A stretch of DNA of 64,000 nucleotides from Heptranchias perlo (taxonomy: Eukaryota). The stretch lies in contig NC_090328.1 in the NCBI RefSeq assembly GCF_035084215.1, positions 5,952,001-6,016,000 of the forward strand, written 5' to 3'. Positions 27,101 to 40,560 of the stretch are shown one piece after another. A program made the position numbers and the translations under genes. The notes under the pieces are model-generated. The model ran no database searches. It was not told where the DNA came from and saw only the letters and a list, made by a program, of their open reading frames with translations. Numbering within the stretch: the first letter of the stretch is position 1; each line of letters starts with the position of its first letter.

Positions 27101-30100
27101 GGAGATTCCTATAATGGGATGGATTGGCGGGGAGATTCTATAATGGGATGGATTGGTGGGGAGATTCTATAATGGGATGGATTGGCGGGGAGATTCTATA
27201 ATGGGATGGATTGGTGGGGAGATTCTATAATGGGATGGATTGGCGGGGAGATTCTATAATGGGATTGATTGGTGGGGAGATTCTATAATGGGGTGGATTG
27301 GCGGGGAGATTCTATAATGGGATGGATTGGCAGGGAGATTCTATAATGGGATGGATTGACGGGGAGATTCTATAATGGGATGGATTGGCGGGGAGATTCC
27401 TATAATGGGGTGGATTGGCGGGGAGATTCTATAATGGGATGGATTGGCGGGGAGATTCTATAATGGGATGGATTGGTGGGGAGATTCTATAATGGGATGG
27501 ATTGGTGGGGAGATTCTATAATGGGATGGATTGACGGGGAGATTCTATAATGGGGTGGATTGGTGGGGAGATTCTTTCATGGGATGGATTGACGGGGAGA
27601 TTCTATAATGGGGTGGATTGGTGGGGAGATTCTATAATGGGGTGGATTGGTGGGGAGATTCTATAATGGGATGGATTGGTGGGGAGATTCTATAATGGGA
27701 TGGATTGGTGGGGAGATTCTATAATGGGATGGATTGGTGGGGAGATTCTATAATGGGATGGATTGGCGGGGAGATTCTATAATGGGATGGATTGGTGGGG
27801 AGATTCTATAATGGGATGGATTGGTGGGGAGATTCTATAATGGGATGGATTGACGGGGAGATTCTATAATGGGGTGGATTGGTGGGGAGATTCTATAATA
27901 GGGTGGATTGGCGGGGAGATTCTATAATGGGGTGGATTGGTGGGGAGATTCTATAAAAGGTGGATTGGCGGGGAGATTCTATAATGGGGTGGATTGGTGG
28001 GGAGATTCTATAATGGGATGGATTGGCGGGGAGATTCTATAATGGGATGGATTGGTGGGGAGATTCTATAATGGGATGGATTGACGGGGAGATTCTATAA
28101 TGGGGTGGATTGGTGGGGAGATTCTATAATAGGGTGGATTGGCGGGGAGATTCTATAATGGGATGGATTGGTGGGGAGATTCTATAATGGGATGGATTGG
28201 TGGGGACATTCTATAATGGGATGGATTGACGGGGAGATTCTATAATAGGGTGGATTGGTGGGGAGATTCTATAATAGGGTGGATTGGCGGGGAGATTCCT
28301 ATAATGGAATGGATTGACGGGGAGATTCTATAATGGGGTGGATTGGTGGGGAGATTCTATAATAGGGTGGATTGGCGGGGAGATTCCTATAATGGGGTGG
28401 ATTGGTGGGGAGATTCTATAATGGGGTGGATTGGTGGGGAGATTCTATAATGGGATGGATTGGCGGGGAGAATCTATAATGGGGTGGATTGGTGGGGAGA
28501 TTCTATAATGGGATGGATTGGCGGGGAGAATCTATAATGGGGTGGATTGGTGGGGAGATTCCTATAATGGGATGGATTGGCGGGGAGATTCTATAATGGG
28601 GTGGATTGGTGGGGAGATTCTATAATGGGGTGGATTGGTGGGGAGATTCCTATAATGGGATGGATTGGCGGGGAGATTCTATAATGGGATGGATTGGCGG
28701 GGAGATTCTATAATGGGATGGATTGGTGGGGAGATTCTATAATGGGATGGATTGGCGGGGAGATTCTATAATGGGATGGATTGGTGGGGAGATTCTATAA
28801 TGGGATGGATTGGCGGGGAGATTCCTATAATGGGGTGGATTGGCGGGGAGATTCTATAATGGGATGGATTGGCGGGGAGATTCTATAATGGGATGGATTG
28901 GTTGGGAAATTCTATAATGGGATGGATTGGTGGGGAGATTCTATAATGGGATGGATTGACGGGGAGATTCTATAATGGGGTGGATTGGTGGGGAGATTCT
29001 CTCATGGTATGGATTGACGGGGAGATTCTATAATGGGATGGATTGGTGGGGAGATTCTATAATGGGATGGATTGACGGGGAGATTCTATAATGGGATGGA
29101 TTGGTGGGGAGATTCCTATAATGGGATGGATTGGCGGGGAGATTCCTTTTATGGGATGGATTGACGGGGAGATTCTATAATGGGGTGGATTGACGGGGAG
29201 ATTCTATAATGGGATGGATTGGTGGGGAGATTCCTATAATGGGATGGATTGGTGGGGAGATTCCTATAATGGGATGGATTGGTGGGGAGATTCTATAATG
29301 GGATGGATTGACGGGGAGATTCTATAATGGGGTGGATTGGTGGGGAGATTCTATAATAGGGTGGATTGTCGGGGAGATTCTATAATGGGGTGGATTGGTG
29401 GGGAGATTCTATAATAGGGTGGATTGGCAGGGAGATTCTATAATGGGGTGGATTGGTGGGGAGATTCTATAATGGGATGGATTGGTGGGGAGATTCTATA
29501 ATGGGATGGATTGGTGGGGAGATTCTATAATGGGATGGATTGACGGGGAGATTCTATAATGGGGTGGATTGGTGGGGAGATTCTATAATAGGGTGGATTG
29601 GCGGGGAGATTCTATAATGGGATGGATTGGCGGGGAGATTCTATAATGGGATGGATTGGTGGGGAGATTCTATAATGGGATGGATTGGTGGGGAGATTCT
29701 ATAATGGGATGGATTGACGGGGAGATTCTATAATGGGGTGGATTGGTGGGGAGATTCTATAATAGGGTGGATTGGCGGGGAGATTCTATAATGGGATGGA
29801 TTGGTGGGGAGATTCTATAATGGGATGGATTGGTGGGGAGATTCTATAATGGGATGGATTGACGGGGAGATTCTATAATAGGGTGGATTGACGGGGAGAT
29901 TCCTATAATGGGATGGATTGACGGGGAGATTCTATAATGGGGTGGATTGGTGGGGAGATTCTATAATAGGGTGGATTGACGGGGAGATTCCTATATTGGG
30001 GTGGATTGGTGGGGAGATTCTTTCATGGGGTGGATTGGTGGGGAGATTCTATAATGGGATGGATTGGCGGGGAGAATCTATAATGGGGTGGATTGGTGGG

Positions 30101-33100
30101 GAGATTCTATAATGGGATGGATTGGCGGGGAGAATCTATAATGGGGTGGATTGGTGGGGAGATTCCTATAATGGGATGGATTGGCGGGGAGATTCTATAA
30201 TGGGGTGGATTGGTGGGGAGATTCTATAATGGGGTGGATTGGTGGGGAGATTCCTATAATGGGATGGATTGGCGGGGAGATTCTATAATGGGATGGATTG
30301 GTGGGGAGATTCTATAATGGGATGGATTGGCGGGGAGATTCTATAATGGGATGGATTGGTGGGGAGATTCTATAATGGGATGGATTGGCGGGGAGATTCT
30401 ATAATGGGATTGATTGGTGGGGAGATTCTATAATGGGGTGGATTGGCGGGGAGATTCTATAATGGGATGGATTGGCGGGGAGATTCTATAATGGGATGGA
30501 TTGACGGGGAGATTCTATAATGGGATGGATTGGCGGGGAGATTCCTATAATGGGGTGGATTGGCGGGGAGATTCTATCATGGGATGGATTGGCGGGGAGA
30601 TTCTATAATGGGATGGATTGGTGGGGAGATTCTATAATGGGATGGATTGGTGGGGAGATTCTATAATGGGATGGATTGACGGGGAGATTCTATAATGGGG
30701 TGGATTGGTGGGGAGATTCTCTCATGGGATGGATTGACGGGGAGATTCTATAATGGGGTGGATTGGTGGGGAGATTCTATAATGGGATGGATTGGTGGGG
30801 AGATTCTATAATGGGATGGATTGGTGGGGAGATTCTATAATGGGATGGATTGGTGGGGAGATTCTATAATGGGATGGATTGGCGGGGAGATTCTATAATG
30901 GGATGGATTGGTGGGGAGATTCTATAATGGGATGGATTGGTGGGGAGATTCTATAATGGGATGGATTGACGGGGAGATTCTATAATGGGGTGGATTGGTG
31001 GGGAGATTCTATAATAGGGTGGATTGGCGGGGAGATTCTATAATGGGGTGGATTGGTGGGGAGATTCTATAAAAGGTGGATTGGCGGGGAGATTCTATAA
31101 TGGGGTGGATTGGTCGGGAGATTCTATAATGGGATGGATTGGTGGGGAGATTCTATAATGGGATGGATTGGTGGGGAGATTCTATAATGGGATGGATTGA
31201 CTGGGAGATTCTATAATGGGGTGGATTGGTGGGGAGATTCTATAATAGGGTGGATTGGCGGGGAGATTCTATAATGGGATGGATTGGCGGGGAGATTCTA
31301 TAATGGGATGGATTGGTGGGGAGATTCTATAATGGGATGGATTGACGGGGAGATTCTATAATGGGGTGGATTGGTGGGGAGATTCTATAATAGGGTGGAT
31401 TGGCGGGGAGATTCTATAATGGGATGGATTGGTGGGGAGATTCTATAATGGGATGGATTGGTGGGGAGATTCTATAATGGGATGGATTGACGGGGAGATT
31501 CTATAATGGGATGGATTGGTGGGGAGATTCCTATAATGGGATGGATTGGCGGGGAGATTCCTTTTATGGGATGGATTGACGGGGAGATTCTATAATGGGG
31601 TGGATTGACGGGGAGATTCTATAATGGGATGGATTGGTGGGGAGATTCCTATAATGGGATGGATTGGTGGGGAGATTCCTATAATGGGATGGATTGGTGG
31701 GGAGATTCTATAATGGGATGGATTGACGGGGAGATTCTATAATGGGGTGGATTGGTGGGGAGATTCTATAATAGGGTGGATTGTCGGGGAGATTCTATAA
31801 TGGGGTGGATTGGTGGGGAGATTCTATAATAGGGTGGATTGGCAGGGAGATTCTATAATGGGGTGGATTGGTGGGGAGATTCTATAATGGGATGGATTGG
31901 TGGGGAGATTCTATAATGGGATGGATTGGTGGGGAGATTCTATAATGGGATGGATTGACGGGGAGATTCTATAATGGGGTGGATTGGTGGGGAGATTCTA
32001 TAATAGGGTGGATTGGCGGGGAGATTCTATAATGGGATGGATTGGCGGGGAGATTCTATAATGGGATGGATTGGTGGGGAGATTCTATAATGGGATGGAT
32101 TGGTGGGGAGATTCTATAATGGGATGGATTGACGGGGAGATTCTATAATGGGGTGGATTGGTGGGGAGATTCTATAATAGGGTGGATTGGCGGGGAGATT
32201 CTATAATGGGATGGATTGGTGGGGAGATTCTATAATGGGATGGATTGGTGGGGAGATTCTATAATGGGATGGATTGACGGGGAGATTCTATAATAGGGTG
32301 GATTGACGGGGAGATTCCTATAATGGGATGGATTGACGGGGAGATTCTATAATGGGGTGGATTGGTGGGGAGATTCTATAATAGGGTGGATTGACGGGGA
32401 GATTCCTATATTGGGGTGGATTGGTGGGGAGATTCTTTCATGGGGTGGATTGGTGGGGAGATTCTATAATGGGATGGATTGGCGGGGAGAATCTATAATG
32501 GGGTGGATTGGTGGGGAGATTCTATAATGGGATGGATTGGCGGGGAGAATCTATAATGGGGTGGATTGGTGGGGAGATTCCTATAATGGGATGGATTGGC
32601 GGGGAGATTCTATAATGGGGTGGATTGGTGGGGAGATTCTATAATGGGGTGGATTGGTGGGGAGATTCCTATAATGGGATGGATTGGCGGGGAGATTCTA
32701 TAATGGGATGGATTGGTGGGGAGATTCTATAATGGGATGGATTGGCGGGGAGATTCTATAATGGGATGGATTGGTGGGGAGATTCTATAATGGGATGGAT
32801 TGGCGGGGAGATTCTATAATGGGATTGATTGGTGGGGAGATTCTATAATGGGGTGGATTGGCGGGGAGATTCTATAATGGGATGGATTGGCGGGGAGATT
32901 CTATAATGGGATGGATTGACGGGGAGATTCTATAATGGGATGGATTGGCGGGGAGATTCCTATAATGGGGTGGATTGGCGGGGAGATTCTATCATGGGAT
33001 GGATTGGCGGGGAGATTCTATAATGGGATGGATTGGTGGGGAGATTCTATAATGGGATGGATTGGTGGGGAGATTCTATAATGGGATGGATTGACGGGGA

Positions 33101-35292
33101 GATTCTATAATGGGGTGGATTGGTGGGGAGATTCTCTCATGGGATGGATTGACGGGGAGATTCTATAATGGGGTGGATTGGTGGGGAGATTCTATAATGG
33201 GATGGATTGGTGGGGAGATTCTATAATGGGATGGATTGGTGGGGAGATTCTATAATGGGATGGATTGGTGGGGAGATTCTATAATGGGATGGATTGGCGG
33301 GGAGATTCTATAATGGGATGGATTGGTGGGGAGATTCTATAATGGGATGGATTGGTGGGGAGATTCTATAATGGGATGGATTGACGGGGAGATTCTATAA
33401 TGGGGTGGATTGGTGGGGAGATTCTATAATAGGGTGGATTGGCGGGGAGATTCTATAATGGGGTGGATTGGTGGGGAGATTCTATAAAAGGTGGATTGGC
33501 GGGGAGATTCTATAATGGGGTGGATTGGTCGGGAGATTCTATAATGGGATGGATTGGTGGGGAGATTCTATAATGGGATGGATTGGTGGGGAGATTCTAT
33601 AATGGGATGGATTGACTGGGAGATTCTATAATGGGGTGGATTGGTGGGGAGATTCTATAATAGGGTGGATTGGCGGGGAGATTCTATAATGGGATGGATT
33701 GGCGGGGAGATTCTATAATGGGATGGATTGGTGGGGAGATTCTATAATGGGATGGATTGACGGGGAGATTCTATAATGGGGTGGATTGGTGGGGAGATTC
33801 TATAATAGGGTGGATTGGCGGGGAGATTCTATAATGGGATGGATTGGTGGGGAGATTCTATAATGGGATGGATTGGTGGGGACATTCTATAATGGGATGG
33901 ATTGACGGGGAGATTCTATAATAGGGTGGATTGACGGGGAGATTCCTATAATGGGGGGGATTGGAGGGGAGATTCTATAATGGGGTGGATTGATGGGGAG
34001 ATTCTATAATGGGGGGGATTGGAGGGGAGATTCTATAATGGGGTGGATTGATGGGGAGATTCTATAATGGGATGGATTGGCGGGGAGAATCTATAATGGG
34101 GTGGATTGGTGGGGAGATTCTATAATGGGATGGATTGATGGGGAGATTCTATAATGGGGTGGATTGGTGGGGAGATTCTATAATGGGGTGGATTGTTGGA
34201 GAGATTCTATAATGGGATGGATTGGCGGGGAGAATCTATAATTGGGTGGATTGGTGGGGAGATTCTATAATGGGATGGATTGGCGGGGAGAATCTATAAT
34301 GGGGTGGATTGGTGGGGAGATTCCTATAATGGGATGGATTGGCGGGGAGATTCTATAATGGGGTGGATTGGTGGGGAGATTCTATAATGGGATGGATTGG
34401 TTGGGAAATTCTATAATGGGATGGATTGGTGGGGAGATTCTATAATGGGATGGATTGACGGGGAGATTCTATAATGGGATGGATTGGTGGGGAGATTCTC
34501 TCATGGGATGGATTGGTGGGGAGATTCTATAATGGGATGGATTGACGGGGAGATTCTATAATGGGATGGATTGACGGGGAGATTCTATAATGGGATGGAT
34601 TGGTGGGGAGATTCTCTCATGGGATGGATTGGTGGGGAGATTCTATAATGGGATGGATTGACGGGGAGATTCTATAATGGGATGGATTGGTGGGGAGATT
34701 CCTATAATGGGATGGATTGGCGGGGAGATTCCTTTTATGGGATGGATTGACGGGGAGATTCTATAATGGGGTGGATTGACGGGGAGATTCTATAATGGGA
34801 TGGATTGGTGGGGAGATTCCTATAATGGGATGGATTGACGGGGAGATTCTATAATGGGATGGATTGGTGGGGAGATTCCTATAATGGGATGGATTGGCGG
34901 GGAGATTCCTTTTATGGGATGGATTGACGGGGAGATTCTATAATGGGGTGGATTGACGGGGAGATTCTATAATGGGATGGATTGGTGGGGAGATTCCTAT
35001 AATGGGGTGGATTGACGGGGAGATTCTATAATGGGGTGGATTGGTGGGGAGATTCCTATAATGGGATGGATTGGTGGGGAGATTCCTATAATGGGATGGA
35101 TTGGTGGGGAGATTCCTATGATGGGATGGATTGACGGGGAGATTCCTATCATGGGGTGGATTGACGGGGAGATTCTATAATGGGGTGGATTGGAGGGGAG
35201 ATTCCTATAATGGGGTGGATTGGCGGGCAGATTCTATAATGGGGTGGATTGGCGGGGCGAGTTCTGTAATGGGGTCGATTGGCGGGGCGATT
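15121..35292. repeat. About 20-kb G-rich satellite, 29/30-bp unit GGGAGATTC(C)TATAATGGGRTGGATTGRYG, about 690 units, with kb-scale higher-order duplications
   Basis: Direct periodicity; an identical variant block recurs at 20805, 26773, 29918 and 32333. Confidence 0.98.
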
Positions 35293-35439
35293 TTTAATGC
35301 CAGCTTTATGCCCAGGCAGCAAGTCCAAAGTCTACCCCGTTGTGTCATCGTCAAGTCTGTAACCTCACCTCGTTCAGGGACCCGCTAATAACAGCGGCTA
35401 AAAAAAAGGACGGTGTCTCATCGGTTCACTCATCGGCCT

Positions 35440-35601
35440 GGCCGTTAAAGGGTTAAGGTGCCTGTCTGTGGGCGGAGTTTTAACACTGACTGCACGGCTG
35501 GGAAGGAAGCAAAAGGAAGCGGGTTTTCAGGATCAATCTCAGTGCCGAGCAGGATTCAAGCGACAGAAGAGCTCTGAACGCGGAGGGGGCTGAGGAGGAC
35601 A
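35440..35601 (+). promoter_or_regulatory. Probable TATA-less promoter / 5' UTR of the Siglec-15-like gene
   Basis: GC box GGGCGG near 35470 and clustered ETS cores GGAAGGAAGC..AAGGAAGC at 35501-35520, directly upstream of the ATG. Confidence 0.5.
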
Positions 35602-35650
35602 ATGCTGCCCATTTTGCTCTGTGCGATCGCCCAGGTCGTCTCTGCTGCAG
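35602..35650 (+). CDS. Siglec-15-like receptor exon 1, signal peptide MLPILLCAIAQVVSAA
   Basis: ATG with A at -3, a hydrophobic 16-aa leader and a phase-1 donor CAG|GTGCGT, as is typical of IgSF leader exons. Linkage to downstream exons crosses an N gap. Confidence 0.72.
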
Positions 35651-36124
35651 GTGCGTATTTCACAGCCTGAAGCAGCAGCAATTAGTCTCTTTCCCGTTTG
35701 CTGCATCGCGCGTTTTAAATCTGTCGGAAATGGCCAGGGATTGAGACCTCTTGCTCCAGATTATTGGTAAAAGTCTTCGCGTGTTAATGTTAAACGTGTT
35801 CGAGTGCCCGCGACACAGCTTCTACCTTCAGTTAACTCACCCCTGGTGGCATCTGACTTCAAGGGTGGATAGGCATCTCGTTCCTCCTGATGAATTCTTT
35901 CACCGTACCTGAGAGAAAGTAAAGTTCAATATTAAGTTTCGGCCGCTCTTTGTCCTCCGATTGTCCGATGACGACACTTCGGTTTAATATCAAACCAAAC
36001 AATATAGTGCTGTGGGCCAGTTAATTATTGTACTGGCCCAATGTTTCACTCAAGCTTCTCCAGTGAGTAGCTGATCCATACAGTCTAGGATGGTCACAGA
36101 ACCGATCCCCGATCTGTGATGTTG

Positions 36125-36370
36125 CATAGAATTACATAGAATGTACAGCACAGAAACAGGCCATTCGGCCCAACTGGTCTATACCAGTGTTTATGCTCCA
36201 CACGTGCCTCCTCTCTCCCTCCTTCATCTCACCGTATCAGTATGTCCTTCTATTCCTTTCTCCCTCATGTGTTTATCCAGCTTCCCCTTAAATACATCTC
36301 TGCTATTCTCCTCAACTACTCCTTGTGGTAGCGAGTTCCACATTCTCCCCACTCTCTGGGTAAAGATGTT
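36125..36370 (-). mobile_element. CR1 3' fragment
   Basis: FTQRV..WNSLP...FKGKLD frame and a TTCTATG-type tail. Confidence 0.85.
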
Positions 36371-36374
36371 AGCT

Positions 36375-36730
36375 TGTATTGGACGGGAGGAGCAGTGCTG
36401 TCGTTCTCTTTGGCAGCACCTCTCAAACCTGCAATCTCCAACCGCCAAGGACAAGGGCAGCAGGTGCGTGGGAACACCGTCCGTCGCCTCCAAGTTCCCC
36501 TCCCAGTCACACACCATCCCGACTCGGAAATATACCGCCTCTTCCTTCATCGTTGCTGGGTCAAAATCCTGGAACTCCCTTCCTAACAGCGCTGTGGGAG
36601 AACCTTCACCACACGGACTGCAGCGGTTCAAGAAGGCGGCTCACCACCACCTTCTCAAGGGCAATTAGGGACGGGCAATAAATGCCGGCCTCGCCAGCGA
36701 CGCCCACATCCCGTGAACGAATGAATTAAA
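36375..36730 (+). mobile_element. 3' end of a second CR1-group LINE family (...SWNSLP...FKKAAHHHLLKGN*)
   Basis: Multi-copy in the window; 3' UTR TAGGGAYGGGCAATAAATGC...CACATCCC. Confidence 0.8.
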
Positions 36731-36949
36731 ATCAAGAGTGCTCTCTGATCTAGGGAGGGGGAAGTGTTGATAACTAGCCAGGAATCCCTGCTGGAAGTGA
36801 GCAAGTGTGGACGCTGGGATAGAGCAGGGCAGGACCGGACTACAGTGCCCTCCATTACTGAAATGCTCACTGTCAATGATCATGAATAACAGCCTCCTGT
36901 ACTGGAGAAATTGTACCGCAGCTTAGAGACAACGCCTTCGGGTGAAATA

Positions 36950-37383
36950 AGAGGAGGGGAGGGGAGGGGAGGGAAGGAAGCAAGGGGTGGGAGGGTTGGA
37001 GGGAGGAGAGGGGAGGGGTGGGAAAATGGGGAGGGGAGGGAAGGGGAGGGGAGGGACGAGGAGGGGAGGGGTGGAGAGATGAGCGGAGGGAGGAGAGGGA
37101 GGGAGGGGTGGGGAGGGGTGGAAGGGAGGAGAGGGGAGGGGAGAAGAGGGACAAGGAAGGTAGGGGCGGAGAGAGGAGCGGAGGGAGGAGAGGACGGGAG
37201 GGGTGGGGAGGGGTGGAAGGGAGGAGAGGGGAGGGGAGGAGAGGAACAAGGAGGGGAGGGGTGGAGAGAGGAGCGGAGGAGGAGAGGAGGGGGGTGGGGA
37301 GGGGTGGAAGGGAGGAGAGGGGAGGGGAGGAGAGGAACAAGGAGGGGAGGGGTGGAGAGAGGAGCGGAGGAGGAGAGGAGGGG
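36950..37383. repeat. Polypurine (GGA/GGGGA) low-complexity tract with a degenerate approx. 70-bp period
   Basis: Almost entirely G/A; runs into the assembly gap. Confidence 0.9.
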
Positions 37384-37579
37384 NNNNNNNNNNNNNNNNN
37401 NNNNNNNNNNNNNNNNNNNNNNNNNNNNNNNNNNNNNNNNNNNNNNNNNNNNNNNNNNNNNNNNNNNNNNNNNNNNNNNNNNNNNNNNNNNNNNNNNNNN
37501 NNNNNNNNNNNNNNNNNNNNNNNNNNNNNNNNNNNNNNNNNNNNNNNNNNNNNNNNNNNNNNNNNNNNNNNNNNNNNNN
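37384..37579. other. Assembly gap (N run)
   Basis: Run of N bases. Confidence 0.99.
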
Positions 37580-37687
37580 ATAATCAGCAAAACAAAATGG
37601 TATCCATTAATTTTCACGTTTACCGTGATTGTGGCGCAAAGTTTCAATAATAAAGAGCTCTACTGTCTAATATAGTAAGAACGATAG

Positions 37688-38092
37688 ACTTGTATTTATA
37701 TAACACCTTTCTCTACCCCTTAAAGTGCTTTACAGCCAATGAAGTGCAGCAGCCAATTTTGCGCTCAGCAAGATCCCACAAACAGCAATGTGATAATGAC
37801 CAGATCATCTGTTGCTGTGATTTTGGTTGAGGGATAAATATTGGCCAGGACAACTTCCCTGCTCTTCTTTGAAATAGTGCCATGGGATGTTTTGCATCTA
37901 GACAGCAGACAGGGCCGCTGGATTAACATCTCATCCAAAGGATAGCATAACTCTGAGAGTGCAGCACTCCCTCAGTACTGCACTGGGATTGTCAGCCTGG
38001 ATTCTGTGCTTCAACTCTCTGGAGTCGGATTTGAACCCACTACTTTCTGACTCAGAACAATGAGAGTGCTAACCCCCACTGAGCCACGGCTA
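37688..38092 (-). mobile_element. DeuSINE, near full length
   Basis: Reverse complement of the 44127-44585 family, including the tRNA-like head (GTGGCTCAGTGG...GGTTCAAATCC). Confidence 0.85.
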
Positions 38093-38519
38093 ATACGTAA
38101 CTAATGCTGAGTCAAGTGAGGGAAGGGTTAAGGATCATACTGTGACAAACATTTGGAATACCAGGTGTGTAGGTGACATTGGGTTGAATGTTTTAATTGA
38201 GAGGGAGCGGACTTGATTCATCCGTAAAACGGTGAGAGACGAGGCTTGGCGTCAATGAGGGTCATAAAATATCAAGTAGCTGAACAAAGGGGATTGGCCC
38301 AAGTTCTCCTGTTAAAATGGAATTAATTGGGGAGAGCAGAGAGGAGGGGCAATGTTCACACTCCATTACTGTAATTGTCAAGTGAAGTAGCAGAGAATCA
38401 TAAAGATAGAATTGATAATGTCGGGACAGAAACCGTACTACGATTTATTCTGATTCCTGAATTTCACACGACGCCGAGTTAAGCAAAGCAGATCTGCATA
38501 ATTTTACAATTTAAAAAAA

Positions 38520-38890
38520 TTATATTTGTTCATGGGATGTGGGCGTCGCTGGCGAGGCCGGCATTTATTGCCCATCCCTAATTGCCCTTGAGAAGGTGGT
38601 GGTGAGCCGCCTTCTTGAACCGCTGCAGTCCGTGTGGTGAACGTTCTCCCACAGTGCTGTTAGGAAGGGAGTTCCAGGATTTTGACCCAGCGACGATGAA
38701 GGAACGGCCGATATATTTCCAAGTCGGGATGGTGTGTGACTTGGAGGGGAACGTGCAGGTGGTGTTGTTCCCATGCGCCTGCTGCCCTTGTCCTTCTAGG
38801 TGGTGGAGGTCGCGGGTTTGGGAGGTGCTGTCGAAGTATTCTCGTTCGACAGGACGAGGATACTTTGACTTGCTGCAGGGCATCCTGTAG
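38520..38890 (-). mobile_element. 3' fragment of the 'HHHLLKGN' LINE family
   Basis: ORF 38578-38895 matches the 36375-36730 family. Confidence 0.85.
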
Positions 38891-39202
38891 ATCACACACT
38901 GCAGCCGGAGCGATGGGCAGGGTGGATATCTTTTCCTATTTTCCTGTGCTGGCCACCTCTTAATGCGGGTTCAATAACTGAGCGACAGGATTAAACAGTG
39001 AGGATTCGTACAGTACAGAGAGAGAGGGAGGAGCTCTGCACATCATCCAGGAGAAAGGAGGTGGGGAATTAGCGTTGGGGAATTAGGGGGCAGACAACAC
39101 CCTCGTATTCCATTTGTAGTTTCGCTGTCTTAGCGAAGGTGTCAACCCATTTAAAATGGACAACTCAATGCCCGTTTTAAAACAGCGGACTTATGAATGT
39201 TT

Positions 39203-39965
39203 ATAGAATCATAGAATCTTACAGCACAGAAGGAGGCCATTTGGCCCATCGTGGCTGTGCCGGCTCTTTGAAAGAGCTCTCCAATTAGTCCCACTCCTCC
39301 CTCTTCTTTCCTCATACTCTGCAAATTTTTCCTTTTCAAGTATTTATCGAGTTCCCTTTTGAAAGTTATTATTGAATCTGCTTCCACCGTCCTTTCAGGC
39401 AGCGCATTCCAGATCATAACAACTCGCTGCGTCAAACAAATTCTCCTCATCTTGCCTCTGGTTCTTTTGCCAATTATCTTAAATCTGTGTCCTCTGGTTA
39501 CCGACCCTCCTGCCAGTGGAAACAGTTTCTCCTTATTTAGTCTGTCGAAACCTCCATGATTTTGAACACTTCTATCAAATCTCCCCTTAACCTTCTCTGT
39601 TCTAAGGAGAACAACGCCAGCTTCTCCACTCTCTCCACATAACTGAAGTCCCTCATCCCTGATGCCATTCTGGTAAATCTCCTCTGTACCATATCCAAGG
39701 CCTTGACTTCCTTCCTAAAGTACTCCAACTGAGGCCGAACCAGTGTTTTATAAAGGTTTAGCATTTGCTTTTGTACTCTATGTCTCTATTTATAAAGCCC
39801 AGGATCACATATGCTTTTTTAACAGCCTTCACAACTTGTCCTGCCACCTTCAAAGATTTGTGTACATACACCCCCCAGATCTCTCTGTTCCTACATCCCC
39901 TTTAAAGTTGTACCATTTAGTCAATGATGCCTCTCCTTATTCTTCCTACTAAAATGTATCACTTC
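39203..39965 (-). mobile_element. CR1 LINE fragment with internal deletions
   Basis: LVRPQLEY, LRGDLIEVFK and WNALP...FKRELDKY frames; ATTCTATG tail. Confidence 0.9.
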
Positions 39966-40127
39966 CAAAATCAAGGCCCACTTCGCTGGCCTGTCGGGGG
40001 GAGGGGGTAGCTCGCTCTGGATGGATGCAGCAGCCATAAGATGTATCCACCATTGATACCAAGCCTGCCTTGCAGTCCTGTGAGGGGTGGTACCATTGCA
40101 GGAGGCACTGGGTAATGCTGCCCCCAA

Positions 40128-40560
40128 GTGGGTACGGTAGCATCGTGGTTACGTTATTGGACTCGTAATCCACAGGCCTCGACTAATAATCCGTGTAGAC
40201 CATGAGTTCAAATCCTACCACGGCAGCTGGGGAGTTTAAATTCAATTAATTAAATAAAAATCTGGAATAAAAAGCTAGTATAAGTAACGGTGACCATAAA
40301 ACTACCAGAGTGTCATAAAAACCCATCAGGTTCACTAATGTCCCTTTAGGGGAGGAAACCTGCCGTCCTTACCTGGTCTGGGCCTATACGTGACTCCAGA
40401 CCCACAGCAATGTGGTTGATTCTTAACTGCCCTCTGTAATGGCCCAGCAAGCCACTCAGTTCAAGATGGCAACTCACCACCAACTTCTCAAGGCCAATTA
40501 GGGATGGGCAATAAATGCTGGCCTTGCCAGCGTGCCCACATCCCGTGAATTAAAAAAAAT
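40128..40560 (+). mobile_element. Full-length tRNA-derived SINE sharing its 3' tail with the 'HHHLLKGN' LINE
   Basis: A-box-like TAGCATCGTGG, B-box GAGTTCAAATCC and a tail CACCACC..CTTCTCAAGG.CAATTAGGGATGGGCAATAAATG. Confidence 0.82.

Noticed and set aside
15121-35292. Hundreds of TATAAT motifs read as bacterial -10 boxes
   Set aside because: This is a vertebrate satellite; the motif is simply part of the unit.
14984-35388. Repetitive ORFs (GDSYNGMDWW, MGWIGGEIPI)
   Set aside because: These are by-products of 30-bp units and are broken by every 29-bp unit; no splice or coding support.
36873-37675. Gly/Glu/Arg-rich and Pro/Leu/Ser-rich long ORFs
   Set aside because: They arise from a polypurine tract plus the N gap, neither of which can contain stops.
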